Shown here: positions 50,759 through 64,000 of the stretch, piece after piece
How positions within the stretch are numbered: position 1 is the stretch's first letter
Layout: each line of letters starts with the position of its first letter
Source: Laetmonice hystrix
Lineage: Eukaryota
NCBI GenBank assembly: GCA_965235115.1
Contig: OZ249436.1
Location: 27,902,001 to 27,966,000, forward strand
Reading direction: 5' to 3'
Length of the DNA: 64,000 bases
Program-made: the position numbers and the translations under genes
Notes under the pieces: model-generated
Told to the model about the DNA's origin: nothing
Seen by the model: the letters and a program-made list of their open reading frames with translations, nothing else
The model's database searches: none

Positions 50759-51899
50759 AAATGGTATTCCAGGCACTGACTATATCTGATTTGTCGTTCT
50801 GTCGGACTTGGAATGTTATCGAGGAGCTCTGGCTCATAGGTTGGACCACTAGCTTGCCTATCGCGGTACTCGCCTTCAGTACTGTTTTCGAAATATTGTT
50901 TAATAAATTTGCCAACCCAGCGAACTACGTGACATGGAAATACAAAGTGAATATTATAATTCCCGTAGCTCACGTTATTCACGTTTTATTATGTCTAGCG
51001 CACGTTGTGTACTATGTAGTTTGCGTTTTGAAGCTGCAGAACGAGCAGATACAGGAGATGGAAAACTACTCTTGCATCTGTAAACCGGAGCTTTTTGGTG
51101 AGAGGAGCGATTGCACACACGTTTTCTGGGAGTTTCCAAGAAGGGGGATAGATTCTCATTAACTGCTGCACTCGGCGGTGCATCCCAAACAACGCGCCTA
51201 GAGACACATCCCTGCCCGCCTAGGTTCTGAGGGGGCTCTTACAGGGCATGTTGGCCGATTTCATTAGGTGTGTGTTATCTGAGTAGGAAATGTGATAGAC
51301 GTAATCATGGGAATTGGAAGAATTCCTAGATGTATCTTCTTATAAGCGATCCAGGCCAAGCGCGATAGACCTTCTCTTCCTGTCATGGCTACCTATGTCT
51401 AGTGCACGATGATGCCCGGGGTAAGATTGCGACGGCGGCTTCAGGGAGCTAAAGGGCCGCGTAGACAGGGCTCAGCCCTTCACATATTAATTAGGAACAG
51501 AACCCACTACTGCAATACAGTGAATGGATCAGAAATGTGTGAGAAGGCGTTTCTTCTTTAAGTCTTAAGAATCCGTCGGAAAGAAACTCCTAGATTTGTC
51601 GACACTCTATTGCCTTTAGGAAATAGGATTATTGCTACATCGGCATGGAGCGGGATCTGATTTGTGTTACTTTACATTTTACTGTATACAGTATGGAAAT
51701 CGTATTTGTCGATATTGTAAAACATTATTAAAGAGTAACAATCAGGCAACGGCAGCTTCGAATTCTTGATGACTGGTAGCCTACAGTGAGTCGATCGTTC
51801 CGCATTATATTCAGGGTGTGCCGGACGGAAGGGGGGTGGAGTACTCCGTTCTTGGTCTCTTCTATAAATGCCTAACAACCGATTGTTATGTTTGTTGAA

Positions 51900-52130
51900 A
51901 CGGCTGAGATGATTGGCTATTATCTAGGCCAAGTGACGTCACGCGCGTCATCCAGTGCCCAGTTCGTCAGGCTCGCGCGTCGTGACGTCGACGTCGCCGC
52001 TGTGACTGCCGGCTGAATGAACGAAGCGGCCATGGAGGGGAGGGGAGGGGGCACGCCAAATACTGCTCAGATTGGTGACGGCCATACGGACCATCAGCGC
52101 CGCCACGGAATGTGGCTGTTATTTCCTTGA
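51900..52130. promoter_or_regulatory. CpG-rich candidate promoter/enhancer with CRE and CCAAT motifs
   Basis: GTGACGTCAC palindrome at 51933-51942, TGACGTCGACGTC at 51983-51995, ATTGG at ~51912 and ~52071, and a GGGGAGGGG GC-box-like tract. Confidence 0.35.
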
Positions 52131-52341
52131 AAAGTGAAGACCCGCAACGCCAACTGACATGCCTGATGAATTGTTCATCAGAGGTTCGTCAGTGGGCCAG
52201 TCGGCGAGAAAATCAAGCCGACTGCTGACTCGCTGGCCAGCGGAGATTATTCTTATTGAAAGAAGCCGGATTAAATTTGACGGGGCATGATGGACAATTG
52301 GCGCGGTCCACCTGCCTGTCGTGCTCAGCATAACGTTGTTC

Positions 52342-53743
52342 TTCACATGTCAGTGTAGGGCCCTTAAACCGTTTGAACACGCATAGGACCCTATGACAGC
52401 AGTCTCGGTGATTCACATGTCAGTATAGGGCCTTTAAACCGTTTGAACACGCATAGGACTCTATGACAGCAGTCTCGGTGATTCACATGTCAGTATAGGG
52501 CCTTTAAACCGTTTGAACACGCATAGGACTCTATGACAGCAGTCTCGGTGATTCACATGTCAGTAAAGGGCCTTTAAACCGTTTGAACACGCATAGGACT
52601 CTATGACAGCAGTCTCGGTGATTTTCATGTCAGTATAGGGCCTTTAAACCGTTTGAACACGCATAGGACCCTATGACAGCAGTCTCGGTGATTCACATGT
52701 CAGTATAGGGCCTCTAAACCGTTTGAACACGCATAGGACTCTATGACAGCAGTCTCGGTGATTCACATGTCAGTATAGGGCCTCTAAACCGTTTGAACAC
52801 GCATAGGACCCTATGACAGCAGTCTCGGTGATTCACATGTCAGTGTAGGGCCCTTAAACCGTTTGAATACGCATAGGACTCTATGACAGCAGTCTCGGTG
52901 ATTTACATGTCAGTGTAGAGCCTTTAAACCGTTTGATCACGCATAGGACTCTATGACAACAGTCTCGGTGATTCACATGTCAGTATAGGGCCTTTAAACC
53001 GTTTGAACACGCATAGGACCCTATGATAGCAGCCTCGGTGATTCACATGTCAGTATAGGGCCTTTAAACCGTTTGAACACGCATAGGACCCTATGACAGC
53101 AGCCTCGGTGATTCACATGGCAGTATAGGGCCTTTAAACCGTTTGAACACGCATAGGACTCTATGACAGCAGTCTCGGTGATTCACATGTCAGTATAGGG
53201 CCTTTAAACCGTTTGAACACGCATAGGACCCTATGACAGCAGTCTCGGTGATTCACATGTCAGTATAGGGCCTTTAAACCGTTTGAACACGCATAGGACC
53301 CTATGACAGCAGCCTCGGTGATTCACATGTCAGTATAGGGCCTTTAAACCGTTTGAACACGCATAGGACCCTATGACAGCAGCCTCGGTGATTCACATGG
53401 CAGTATAGGGCCTTTAAACCGTTTGAACACGCATAGGACTCTATGACAGCAGTCTCGGTGATTCACATGTCAGTATAGGGCCTTTAAACCGTTTGAACAC
53501 GCATAGGACCCTATGACAGCAGTCTCGGTGATTCACATGTCAGTATAGGGCCTTTAACCCGTTTGAACACGCATAGGACCCTATGACAGCAGTCTCGGTG
53601 ATTCACATGTCAGTATAGGGCCTTTAAACCGTTTGAACACGCATAGGACTCTATGACAGCAGTCTCGGTGATTCACATGTCAGTATAGGGCCTTTAAACC
53701 GTTTGAACACGCATAGGACATTATGACAGCAGTCCCGGTGATT
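52342..53743. repeat. 70-bp minisatellite, 20 copies, no indels
   Basis: Unit TTCACATGTCAGTATAGGGCCTTTAAACCGTTTGAACACGCATAGGAC(C/T)CTATGACAGCAGTCTCGGTGA; GCATAGGA recurs every 70 nt from 52381 to 53711. Confidence 0.98.
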
Positions 53744-56700
53744 TATAACTTAAAGCTGTAAAAGAACGAACTACAACGAGAATTACTTTACGGAAAGGTA
53801 GGTAAACAGCAAAAAAAAGATGTTAGGTTTTTGGCAGCTGCCGAAAAGAGTCCATCGCTCACCTAAACCGCCTCCAATCACCTCCTGTTAAATTGATTCA
53901 GTTCAAATGGAAAAATAAAAACGATTGAATTGATAAGGTTCAATCAACTCAACTAGGAAGGTCTAATAATTATTCTTGCTTTCAACAATCGACTATAGAT
54001 TTTCATGAACTCATAGTTTTTTTTAACCAGTTCTTTCCAGGCCTCGAGACGCGGTCTTTCCGAATTCTACTGTCACTAATGGCTGATAATGTAGCTTTGT
54101 CGGACCTTAATCATCACGAAAGACGTGTACTCTATATACCCGTAGGAAATCTTACTTCTAAAACCCATTATCTATTTACATATTAGGCCTGTAGGTTAAG
54201 GAAGTTTATTTATTTATTGCAGACAAAGATGGCGTGCTGGAAACCTTCAGGCCAAGCTAATCAGCGCTCGATGGTTCTGGGGTTCTTCTGCCATTGTTGA
54301 GGATCTTGAAAATTAGTTCTCTAGAGATGTTGGGGCATTTTAAAAGTATTTTTTGCTAATATACATTGCAAAGTTTTCTTTACATCTGGGATCCCGAAGT
54401 CGGTCCCGAAGTACCTTCGGGACCGCCTTCGGGACCAATCTTCGCGTAGTGGGTCATAGGCTTCAACGGTAGGGCCATCAAGGGTGTGAAAGATGGTGGG
54501 ATTTTATTTTTCAACATTAAATTTGAAGAAGCCATTTTAGAAGGCAGACAAATCATTACGCCCTGTCGTTTTTCATACGGTCTTTTTGTGATTATTACGT
54601 CGAACTGAAAAAGCTGTGCCTTCAAAAAATGATTATATCCTTACAAAATGAAAACGAACTCGGCGGCGCCATCAGGAGTAATGGCCAGCGCGCCAACGAG
54701 GCAGCCCCTCCGTAATTCTGTTCTCTTCTGTGCTATTAAATGCCTGGCTAAACGATGCCAACCCCCAACAAGTAGCCCCACTGCTTGCTAAATGCTGAAT
54801 GGTCAATGGGATGAGTTTGGCACAGTGGTCACTTGACCTTTGTAAATAATCCTTACAAGATAAAGCGATTTGTATTATTGAATGCAGCGTTTTTATCAAC
54901 AATCTCTTGTGTTGTCATACAATCCCGTCTCCACAGAGTTGTTTCCCTGTCAGTTCGGTTTAAGCAGTTGGTGGCCTTGTCTGATAATAAATGAACGGAA
55001 ACCGACAGTAGGCCATGGTCGTAATGAAATGCCTCCGCAGAAGTCATTAGATCAAGACAGCAGATCCTAACCACGAAGATAATTGCATGGTAATCTGGTC
55101 GCCACGTTTTGCCGAAGACAGGCCGAGCGGTGCGGACGAGGAGCACCGGCAAGGCTATGATGGGGTCGGTCATCAGGGACCCGTACACCGTGCCCCACTT
55201 AGCTCAGCGGCGCCCGATCCAGATGCCCAATCACCCTTTCCATCAGAGAAAACCTCTGAATGAACCGACCTTTTTTATGACAGGTATCCAGTTACGTTAT
55301 CCTCAAGGGAAATTTCCAACAATTTGGGTCATGGATCATAGGGATGTGTGGATGTAATGTGAGTATATGTTGACAGTTTATTATGAAGCCGAGCAATTCC
55401 GTGCATGGCCGTCGTGGTGTATCCAGGTATTTAGGTCAAAATAAGATGTAGGTTCAATGTTTTCTTTGAATTACCTACACTTTTCAGTAAAAACGACAGC
55501 GCCGTCCTTTATTGCGTAAGCCTAAAGTGAAAGTGCCAATGTATAAGAAGAAAGTTTAATGGAAACTCTAAAATTACAGGAACTGTCACTCCAGATAGGC
55601 TGTCTTCGTCTAATGTCGTTAGTAACATCACCAGGATGTTCCGATCTCAATATCTGTTCCCAGCAATTACTGACGAAATGTTCGTCTACCAGGAAAGGTC
55701 ACCAGAATCTTACCGCCGACCTTCTTAACTACGTCTTTACAACAAAAAGAGGTTAACATTGGAAAGGAGTCGAGTCCCGTAATGGGTATAAAAGCGTGTA
55801 CGGGGAGAGTAGGGAATGTCACTGATTGCACTTTTACATCCAACAAAGCCTGGCTCAGGTAAAATAACAACTACAATGTTTTATGAGCGTGAAAGAGATG
55901 TCCATCAGTTAGGATCCGAAATGTCTAATTTATCATGAATGAGTACTTACTATATTTCTTGAAACCGACTATACAGGTGACTGTTTTGTTATTTCTCTTC
56001 CTGCTGTATTATTCTGTGACCTAGCACACAACTTGTTAAACTCTCGGGATTTGAACCCAAGGTTGTTCTTATCGTTACATCCTGAACGCCATGGAAGCAT
56101 TGTCTTCTCCTGTACAATACGGGCCATAATAACGGTCCGTCAATTAACTATAATGGAACATCGTGTGGACTCCATCAGAAGGACATTGCCAGATTAGCGT
56201 TCAACGGACAGGAACTTATACAGCCTGGAACATACGATAGCCATCCAGCGGCTACAGCGATGACGTGAACATTCTCCCAGAATAATTAACGGTGTCTGAA
56301 GACGTAACGTAAACTCCCTTCTGTCGTTTGGCGCACGACTTGTACTGCTCGAACAGGTAAATCCGTACTGAAATCGATCTGCCACTGCCACGCTCCCGGA
56401 ATACTTCCATTCCGCTTCGCGCGACCTTACAGATTTTGGGAGGGTTAATTAGCATATCTGTTAATGACTTGTTTATTTAATGATGTTTTGTACTGGCGAC
56501 GGCCATATGCTGACTAAAGCACATTCCTTATGCTTTGCATACATACGGCGGAGATGACATTTATCATTCACCACCTGCCTTGTGAATGATTCAATACAGA
56601 AAATGAACAAATAAAGCCAACACAGGTTAGCATGACGTCACTGTTAGTGACTTGGGCGTCGAGCACGACTCAGTCGGTGCTCTCAAGAGGTTGTCGTATG

Positions 56701-59222
56701 GCGTGTCAGTTAAAGATTATTGGGCGACTGACATTAATTACATCGATCAGTCGTCAAATGTTGCCAGATGTTGAGCGATATTGTGATGATTAGACCGCGG
56801 CATGTGTTTGGGTAATTCCTCTAGAGTGTTGATGAATGGTTAACAAGACCTGTAAATGTTTGTTCGTTAACGGCACGGCATCCGACGTTTCCCCATAGGG
56901 CACTATTCTGGCCGCAGCCTTAGAAACAATAAGAGTACATTAATTATTCCTGACCCTTAATTATTCCATATAAGCTCGGTATAGACTCAGTAGGTAAACA
57001 CATCCAGTACTGCCATAAACTGGTACGTAAACGAAAGTCTCGAGCATTTGCGAGTGCATGGTCCCTTTTGGTTTTCAATACATAAATTGATTCAACGTTT
57101 TAACGGATAGATCTTCCGGGTTCTCTCGCAAACTCTATTGAGATAACTTAACCGAAATATTCACACTAGATGAAAATAAACGATCGACTTGGTTGGTGCA
57201 GGGACGGCGTGGGGTAGAAGCATGATGATGACATTATTGCGTGTGGAACTATAAGGCGTTTACGCCCCAACCTCGATCGAACAGAAACCACCAGGCAACG
57301 AATTACAAGTCTCCCGGCCACACGGCGAAACCCGTATGAAAGATGTGGGTTTCATTCCATTTTAATCTTGCGGTAATAGGGAAAGTGTCTAAAACAATTT
57401 GTGTAGGTTTTTTGCCATCATTATTTGTTCCTGGTGGTTAGTCTATGGCACTGGAGGCAACTGTGCCTGAATAAATGGGTAGAATAACTATAGCTATACT
57501 AAGAAATGGGATAACTATATGATTACTAAGTCCTGCGGACATGCACGCTAATTAAATGCGCTCGGCTGGCTGAATGATTCCATACAAATCCATGTTAAGG
57601 GCCCAGGCCTTTCCTCCTAGGGGCACGGGGATTTAAATACACAAACACACATCTTTTAATATTCATGTTACAGGGCCTTATTAACCTCCCAATCCTCAGG
57701 GCTCGTAAAGAGACCGCGCTCAACAGTCATCTGTTGCCAATAAACGGAACACACTCCCCCCCCCCATCCCAACCCCCAAACCCACCCCCACCCCAGTCCC
57801 GTACCCAAGATAACGACCGTCGAGTTGATGAATTAAATGACCTTTGACCCCCTGACCATCAATCCCGAATTTCAATGGTTACGTCTGCAGTGGAGCCATT
57901 CATTGACGACTGACCATGGTTATCATAGAGTCCATGGCCCCTATCTCGGGTTGGTAGGATGTGGTTGATAGTAATACAGGGAGGGTTGCCCCTTGTGACA
58001 CCTGCACCCCACCTGGAGATTCAGGCATCAGTGCCAAGTGAAATAGCGTGGTTGCTCCATCCCGACTCGAGGTCACAAAGTCAAAGATTCAACCGAATTG
58101 ATAATTTAGACGTCCCAACACAGGCTGAAACGATCACAACAGAAGCAGATAGAAAGACCTCTAATCCTTGTCCCTAATGCTCCCGTTTTCGGAGAAATCC
58201 TCTTATCAGTTTTCTACAATCCCACTCCAAAGTTATTTGCAGCAAACAGGATTATCAAGTAAGGACTGATACGGATGCACGCGAGCGTGGACGAATCGTA
58301 GAATTTGAACAAAAGAGGGCACTGAAGGTTTTCTTATCATTACGTGGATCTTCGACCCCCCCCCCCCCCCTTTCTGACAGAAATTATCCAAAACAAGAAT
58401 TAGTCAAGCCACATCGTTTGGACATATTATATAACAGTCCATACAAAAAATGGCCTTACGCCTATCAGTAGCATCGAACAACATCTATGAGCGACGTAGT
58501 GACACAATGGAACTCGACAAAATTGCTTTATAATTTCCTTTCTCCTTCTTTCTCCCGCCCCCGTTTCTATCCTACTCCGTCTCCATACGTTTCTCTGAAA
58601 CTCCATGACCGTCCGAACCTAGAAAGCGGGTAGATGGATGGATCTGGCGATACACAGCCGCCTAGGACATTCATAAATCTGATCGTGTGAATGCCTTACC
58701 TGCAGGGTCTGACATTGGTGTGGCAAGCTTCAGCCGCGGGTACATCCCTAACATAACACCCACTCCCACCACCAGGCCAGCACCAACGCTGCCACCCTCA
58801 GAATCCCGTTCTTTACCAGGTCATAGTTTATAACAATATTTATTAACATACATAGCGTTGAATGGGAGAATTGGTAGTAAATCATTTCATCATGATAATT
58901 ATATGTGTCCTCTCTTCCCAACCCCGATTCAGTAGTAGTTAAAGGAATAATGTCAATAATTTCATATAGATCTTACAAATTGGCGAAAATATTGCTTGTA
59001 TATAGGCTAGTCTGGTAATTATGTTCCCTAGCACTGCCTACTTGCCTGATTGGATTTCGTGAATATTTTTTTAAAAATATTTAAAAAACAGCAAATCTGG
59101 AATGACGCGCGTCTTTTTAGCGATAGAGTTTTAGCCGGGCGACTTTACACCCTTTTCACAGAACGCGAGACCATAGCCGCAATCACGTGATCATCTCACC
59201 CGTTTCAACGCTATGCCTGCAG

Positions 59223-59384
59223 GTCAGACATTCCCGATGGCGGAAAGCAGCGTTGTTTTTGAGTGTTCCCGGCAAGAAATGTGGAATGTGAAGATGACAG
59301 TGCATTTCGCTGCTGTCTGTTTACAATACGTATATTAAACCGAGGAAGTATCCTCGGCACAGAAGGTGCATAGATTTTAACAAG
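59223..59384 (+). other. Candidate non-coding (5' UTR) exon
   Basis: TGCCTGCAG acceptor and AAG|GTAAGC donor; stops in all three frames. CACGTG E-box upstream and ATTGG downstream. Confidence 0.25.
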
Positions 59385-60805
59385 GTAAGCGTGAAACCAG
59401 GCCAAACTGGCTTCCCGTAACGTCCAACCAGGGTGACATGATTCCTTTAATGTAGCCAGAGACAATGCCCAGATAGCCAATAGGGCCTAGAACAACCTTT
59501 ACAGAAACCTTTAGTTTGCCTTTATAGATATTAACGGTTATCAGTGCTCTTCGTCTTGCCTGTGTTTATTGTGACCCCAGAACCTTGTGACACGAGACCG
59601 CGCGTGATTGGTTGAAAGGCAGGTGTTCAGACAACATGAATACAACATGATAATGGTGGCTTGGTACAACAAAGGTACAACAGAGGGTCATTTTCTCCGG
59701 GCCACAGTCCTCTTTCACTTTCCCATTATTATGATGGCATATCTAAGAGCCCAAAAGGTGGGGTTTTTTCGAATGACGTTGACAAATTCTACGGTTCAAT
59801 CGAAACATGATTGATCTTTGGTGTTGCCTTCCTGACTGCACGCAAATTTCCTTCAAAGGAAACCATACACTTCCCCCTTTTCTCCATTCGGAATAAACGC
59901 AGGTACCTATACGCTAGATTAATTTACGATTTTCTTTCTATATGAAATGTTGGTTTTTTTTGTCTATATTAACTCGACTCTTTGGGAGAGCATCGCGCAT
60001 GGCTCACAACACAGGAAGGATTGTATTTGGTTTTTATATTTCTCTCCATAACATAGTGCGTCTTGTCAGTAGAAATCGTCCGGGATCCGTGGGATCACAC
60101 AGCCATCACTTCAGAACGACAGATAAAACTGCCTCTTGGGCTGCTGACTTGCCACAACTGGACTTCCCCGTTGTGTTTATAACCTACCCTACAAAAGCGA
60201 CTTGGATTTTGTATCCATTTGCTGCAGATATACAAGGACACCTCTAGGTATGTATGTCTGGTGCTTGCCATATCGAGTACCCTCCTGTGTAGAAACGCGA
60301 TATACTTCCGAAAGATGCATTCTCCTCCACCATCCAACAGTTTTCGCCCGTTTCCGGTGAACAGACGACGACCCCGTTCTAACAGTGTTGAATGCCCAGT
60401 CTAGGCGTCCTCTTTTCGATCAATTGCCCAATTCCATCGCACTTAACCTCCTTCCGAGAGAACGCCCTGCTCACGTTCGAAAATCTGAGCATTGTCGCGT
60501 TTTGCAGCAATATAATTTTCGAGCAGAACTTGCCCTGAAACATCATCTACGATAACGAATTCTATGCTGGACTCGTTAGGTGAATAGTGGCTTTCTATTG
60601 GTTGTTATCGTGTCGGAGGGAGCCAATCGTTGGCCGAATGAGGTTCACACTGGTCAGTCAGAGTTTACGACTCACACGAATCAATGGAATCCACGTTGCG
60701 ATCAAATGTAATAAAATTGGGACTGTGTGAAGTAGAATTAAGGCCAGGGGTAGCCCTACGTGGTTCTCTTTATTGACACAGTTGCATGACTGAATATTCA
60801 CATGA

Positions 60806-61071
60806 CAGGCCGGTAGCCAGGCCATAATGTGGGGTGGGGCACAATTTCAAATTCTGAACCTTTTTTAACAAAGGATTCAAGGAAAGCCATAATATAATAT
60901 TTAGAACCCAAACTGCATGAATAACTGCATAAATATTGGCTGACATTTTGTCCAAGTTAATTTTCAGAACCAAAAGTCCAGTCGAAAATTTGGGAAAAGT
61001 TGGACCTTTTGGACCTTGCCAGATTTTGGGTGGGTCAGGCCCCCGGCCCCCCCCCCCCGGCTACAGGCCTG
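60806..61071. mobile_element. MITE with CAGGCC termini
   Basis: TIR CAGGCCGGTAGCC / GGCTACAGGCCTG, with direct repeat CATGA on both flanks (60801-60805, 61072-61076). Confidence 0.7.
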
Positions 61072-61902
61072 CATGACCTCTGTCAAATAATAAAGAAATT
61101 TTGTCGTATTTTCCAATATAAACTGGGATGTATTTACGTATGAAATGCTCTTGCTCGAAATGCATTTTCTGTAACACACAGCATGGTACCAAACGTGCAC
61201 TATTCACGTATCGACATTTGGTATGCAACTACGTCCGTTTATACGTGAACGTCTGTACGTTCGTTTATAAATACGCTCACATAATTATGGACCGTTCCTG
61301 AATGAAAGAATGAATGCGTTTCCTCTGGTGCATACCAATCGGATCTTCCTTTTAGTCTCCCAAAGATCTGACGTCTTTCATGTGAAGACGGGTGGTGTAG
61401 ACTAAGCGGTGTATTGGTCATGAGACACCCGAGCAGGGGCAAGTCGAGGTGACTGAAGTAAAGGAATGTTACCTGGTTTGGGCAAGGGCGTCGGCCTGCC
61501 GCGTGGTCAGGCCAGGAATAATACCCTTCTGGACAGTAATGGTGACAGATGGGCCCAACGACCCGTTATCATTTCATTAACGGTCAACGTGTAGCACATA
61601 TCGGTCGCCTTAAGGTCTGAGCCAGTAAAGTTATTATGATAACATCACGCACGGCATCGTTGGGGGAGGAGGAAGGGATTTTCGCCAAATAATGCAAACA
61701 CACTGCTAGATTGATAGAGAGCGTCAGAACACCCTGTCAGCTATTACATGTATATTCATACGGCCCAACTCTGAACACCTACACCATGGTTATTTGGCCG
61801 TCAATGAATCGTAAGGCCATCAATATTGAACCACTTTGATGTTGGATCCGTCATGGCGAGCCGATGACTGTTTGTAATTCTCATTCTGTCGCTCTGTTGC
61901 AG

Positions 61903-62555
61903 GTTTCCAGGATACCGACACCCACATCCACAGCCGAGGACCGTTAGAGATATTGCTCGGCTGATCTGCAGTCTTTCTCAGCCACTGACCACTCCCGGCT
62001 TGCTGGCTGGCTGGTTGGTTGGTCAGGCCTCAGCCCTGTATACTCCTCTTGCCATAGTTTCCTCCCATCGCCGCTGAGCTGCCTTTCTGGTCGTCGGAAC
62101 GATGCTGCCGCCTCCCCCATTTCGGACTCGCCACGCCGGCAGCGCCAGTGTTTGACGCTGGCCAAGTGTTGCCAGTTGCGCTCACTATCCAACAGCGACA
62201 GACATCGCAGCCACAGCAGGCGGAACCGTCGGCCGCATATGCTAATGCTGAATTTCACTTAAGAGTTATGAGCGGGAGGGAAAAGTAGCCCTCATTTTTA
62301 TCTAAACATCGCTGACTTCGAAAGTCGACGTCTCAATCCGTAAACACCGAATGTGAGATAACAAGAGAAAGTGGACGCCGGTCTTTGGAAAGTGCCAGGT
62401 GTATGGAGTTAAGCGTTCGCTGACGTTGGATGTGTTCAAAGGATTTTACTTTTGAGTCGTGCAAAGGCTGCTGGTTGAGCCGCCTGCAGGTGCCGACGTA
62501 CAGGTGTTCTACGCGGATTGCTTCTATTCACTGGCCGGACAAACGACACACCAGA
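61903..62555 (+). other. Candidate GC-rich 5' exon of a downstream + strand gene
   Basis: Acceptor TTCTGTCGCTCTGTTGCAG at 61902 and GTAAGT donor at 62556; composition richer in GC/CpG than the flanks. ATG at 62430 opens 42 codons to the donor. Confidence 0.35.
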
Positions 62556-64000
62556 GTAAGTTCGATATACATTATACGATATGATTTTGATAGTTCGGGG
62601 TTCAGTTAGTGCAGAGTTTTAGGCCAAATCGCATCGGAGGATCATAAAGATTCGCCGGTGAGGCCAAAGCAAGCTGAAGAGCCACTCCGCTTCCGTTGCG
62701 TTAACGGCTGTTTCCGTCATGTCTTCAAATTTGGGCACGCAAAGGACAACGACAGGTTGAAACATTTAAATCGCAATCACTGCCTTTCAATCGCACGCCC
62801 ATTTTTATAGTTGAATTTAAGCCTGTTCTACCTGACCGTCTGACTAGAGACTGTACTTTTTGAAGGCTGATCAAGATCTTTTCACGTATAGGCGAGCCGA
62901 AACGTGCATCACTCATCCATTTTGTCAGCTACAATTTGTCCCGATCCTTTACTCAGCGGGTGTCCATGACCACCCCTGCTGCGCGTATGGTTTCTGAGTA
63001 GCCACTAATGTTCGAGTGACAGCGCATGCCAAGCGTCGTAAATTGATATATATGTCCAGATGCGTTAAAGGACAGCCATTTCCATCAGTCTATATCCTGA
63101 ATAACATTTATTTATTACCCTACTTTCCTCCTATGGTATAATTATTTGTTTCTCGCCATAAAAAGGCGGGCGCCATATTGTACGAAGAAAGCTGCAGCGT
63201 ATCTCGGACATGTGGGTCGTTGTGAATGGTCGCGTGTATTTCTGCTCCCACACGCCAAAAGAACTGTAACTGTACCCTTTTATATGCTTTTGGTAAAAAT
63301 AAACAACGATAAATTTTCCACACATTTCCTGCGGAAGTCAGAATTAGTCATGGATTCCTAATTTGGCTCTTTGAAAACTAGTAGAATTTTGTAAGAATTA
63401 ACAGACAATTATAGAGGCTGTCCCGTCTGATGCTAATAATTAGCATAATTATTATATTTGTTCGAGGCAAATAAATATTTGATACACAGGTTGATAAAAC
63501 GATAGATTGAAGATAAATGGTCTCTTACCATCACAATCGACCGACCTTTATATAAACAGGTATTTCCGATTTGTTGGTACTGATAACCGTCAAACATGAC
63601 CATAATGCAAAATGGGATATCGGCTTTCTTCGTTTGGGATATTGGATACTTCAGAATCAACGCTTCGCACTGCATGATTCGTTCCTTCCATGTGACAATT
63701 TAGATAGAACCCCTATTATCGTTCTTCATGTATAACCGATGAGCATGAAACGAGACATGCCACGCGACAATCACCTAAATCCATGCTCACCTCATCAATA
63801 TTTTCGCACCTAATATCGTTAAATATCCTTGACTGATATAAACGATATTCTCCGATCGTAAAGGCGTACTGACCGCACTGCTCTGTGGCTGCTCCTATAA
63901 CCTGTAATGGGTCAGATAACTGTCAGGATGCCATGGCGTAGTTTGTTGGTCAGTGTTAAAAGGGCGTTGACAGACATGCACACATAGTACAGCTAAGGAC

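Noticed and set aside
50761..51162. 133-aa ORF with hydrophobic stretches
   Set aside because: No recognisable family motifs or exon boundaries; abuts a LINE tail.
52342..53743. CRISPR array or hammerhead-ribozyme satellite
   Set aside because: Units are contiguous with no unique spacers and no cas genes; no CUGANGA...GAAA core on either strand of the unit.
54853..55210. Minus ORF with KWGTVYG..PVLLV, vaguely P450-like
   Set aside because: Only a few residues match; no splice sites or further motifs.
56044..56060. tRNA/SINE B-box-like GGGTTCAAATCCCG (minus); similar at ~32970
   Set aside because: No A box or cloverleaf could be built.

Overview
Eukaryotic (animal) genomic DNA with spliceosomal introns, rich in MITEs and microsatellites. 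It looks like a marine invertebrate bilaterian (possibly lophotrochozoan), but that is inference only. The only well-supported gene is the 3' part of a + strand Cys-loop receptor of the nicotinic acetylcholine receptor family. It has two coding exons (195-730 and 7631-8298) joined by a 6.9-kb phase-1 GT-AG intron. Its pore is alpha7/alpha9-like and cation-type, but loop C lacks the vicinal Cys-Cys. The remaining ~55 kb has no recognisable intact protein-coding gene. It contains a frameshifted minus-strand remnant resembling a Polinton/Maverick major capsid gene (~13.55-15.13 kb), several decayed LINE fragments, many MITEs (Kolobok-, Harbinger- and hAT-like, some nested), and two large minisatellite arrays (~100 bp and exactly 70 bp units). 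It also has CTCF-like motifs and candidate non-coding exons or promoters of a possible long + strand gene. Most ORF-track entries appear spurious. All family assignments were made by eye against remembered consensus motifs; no searches were run.
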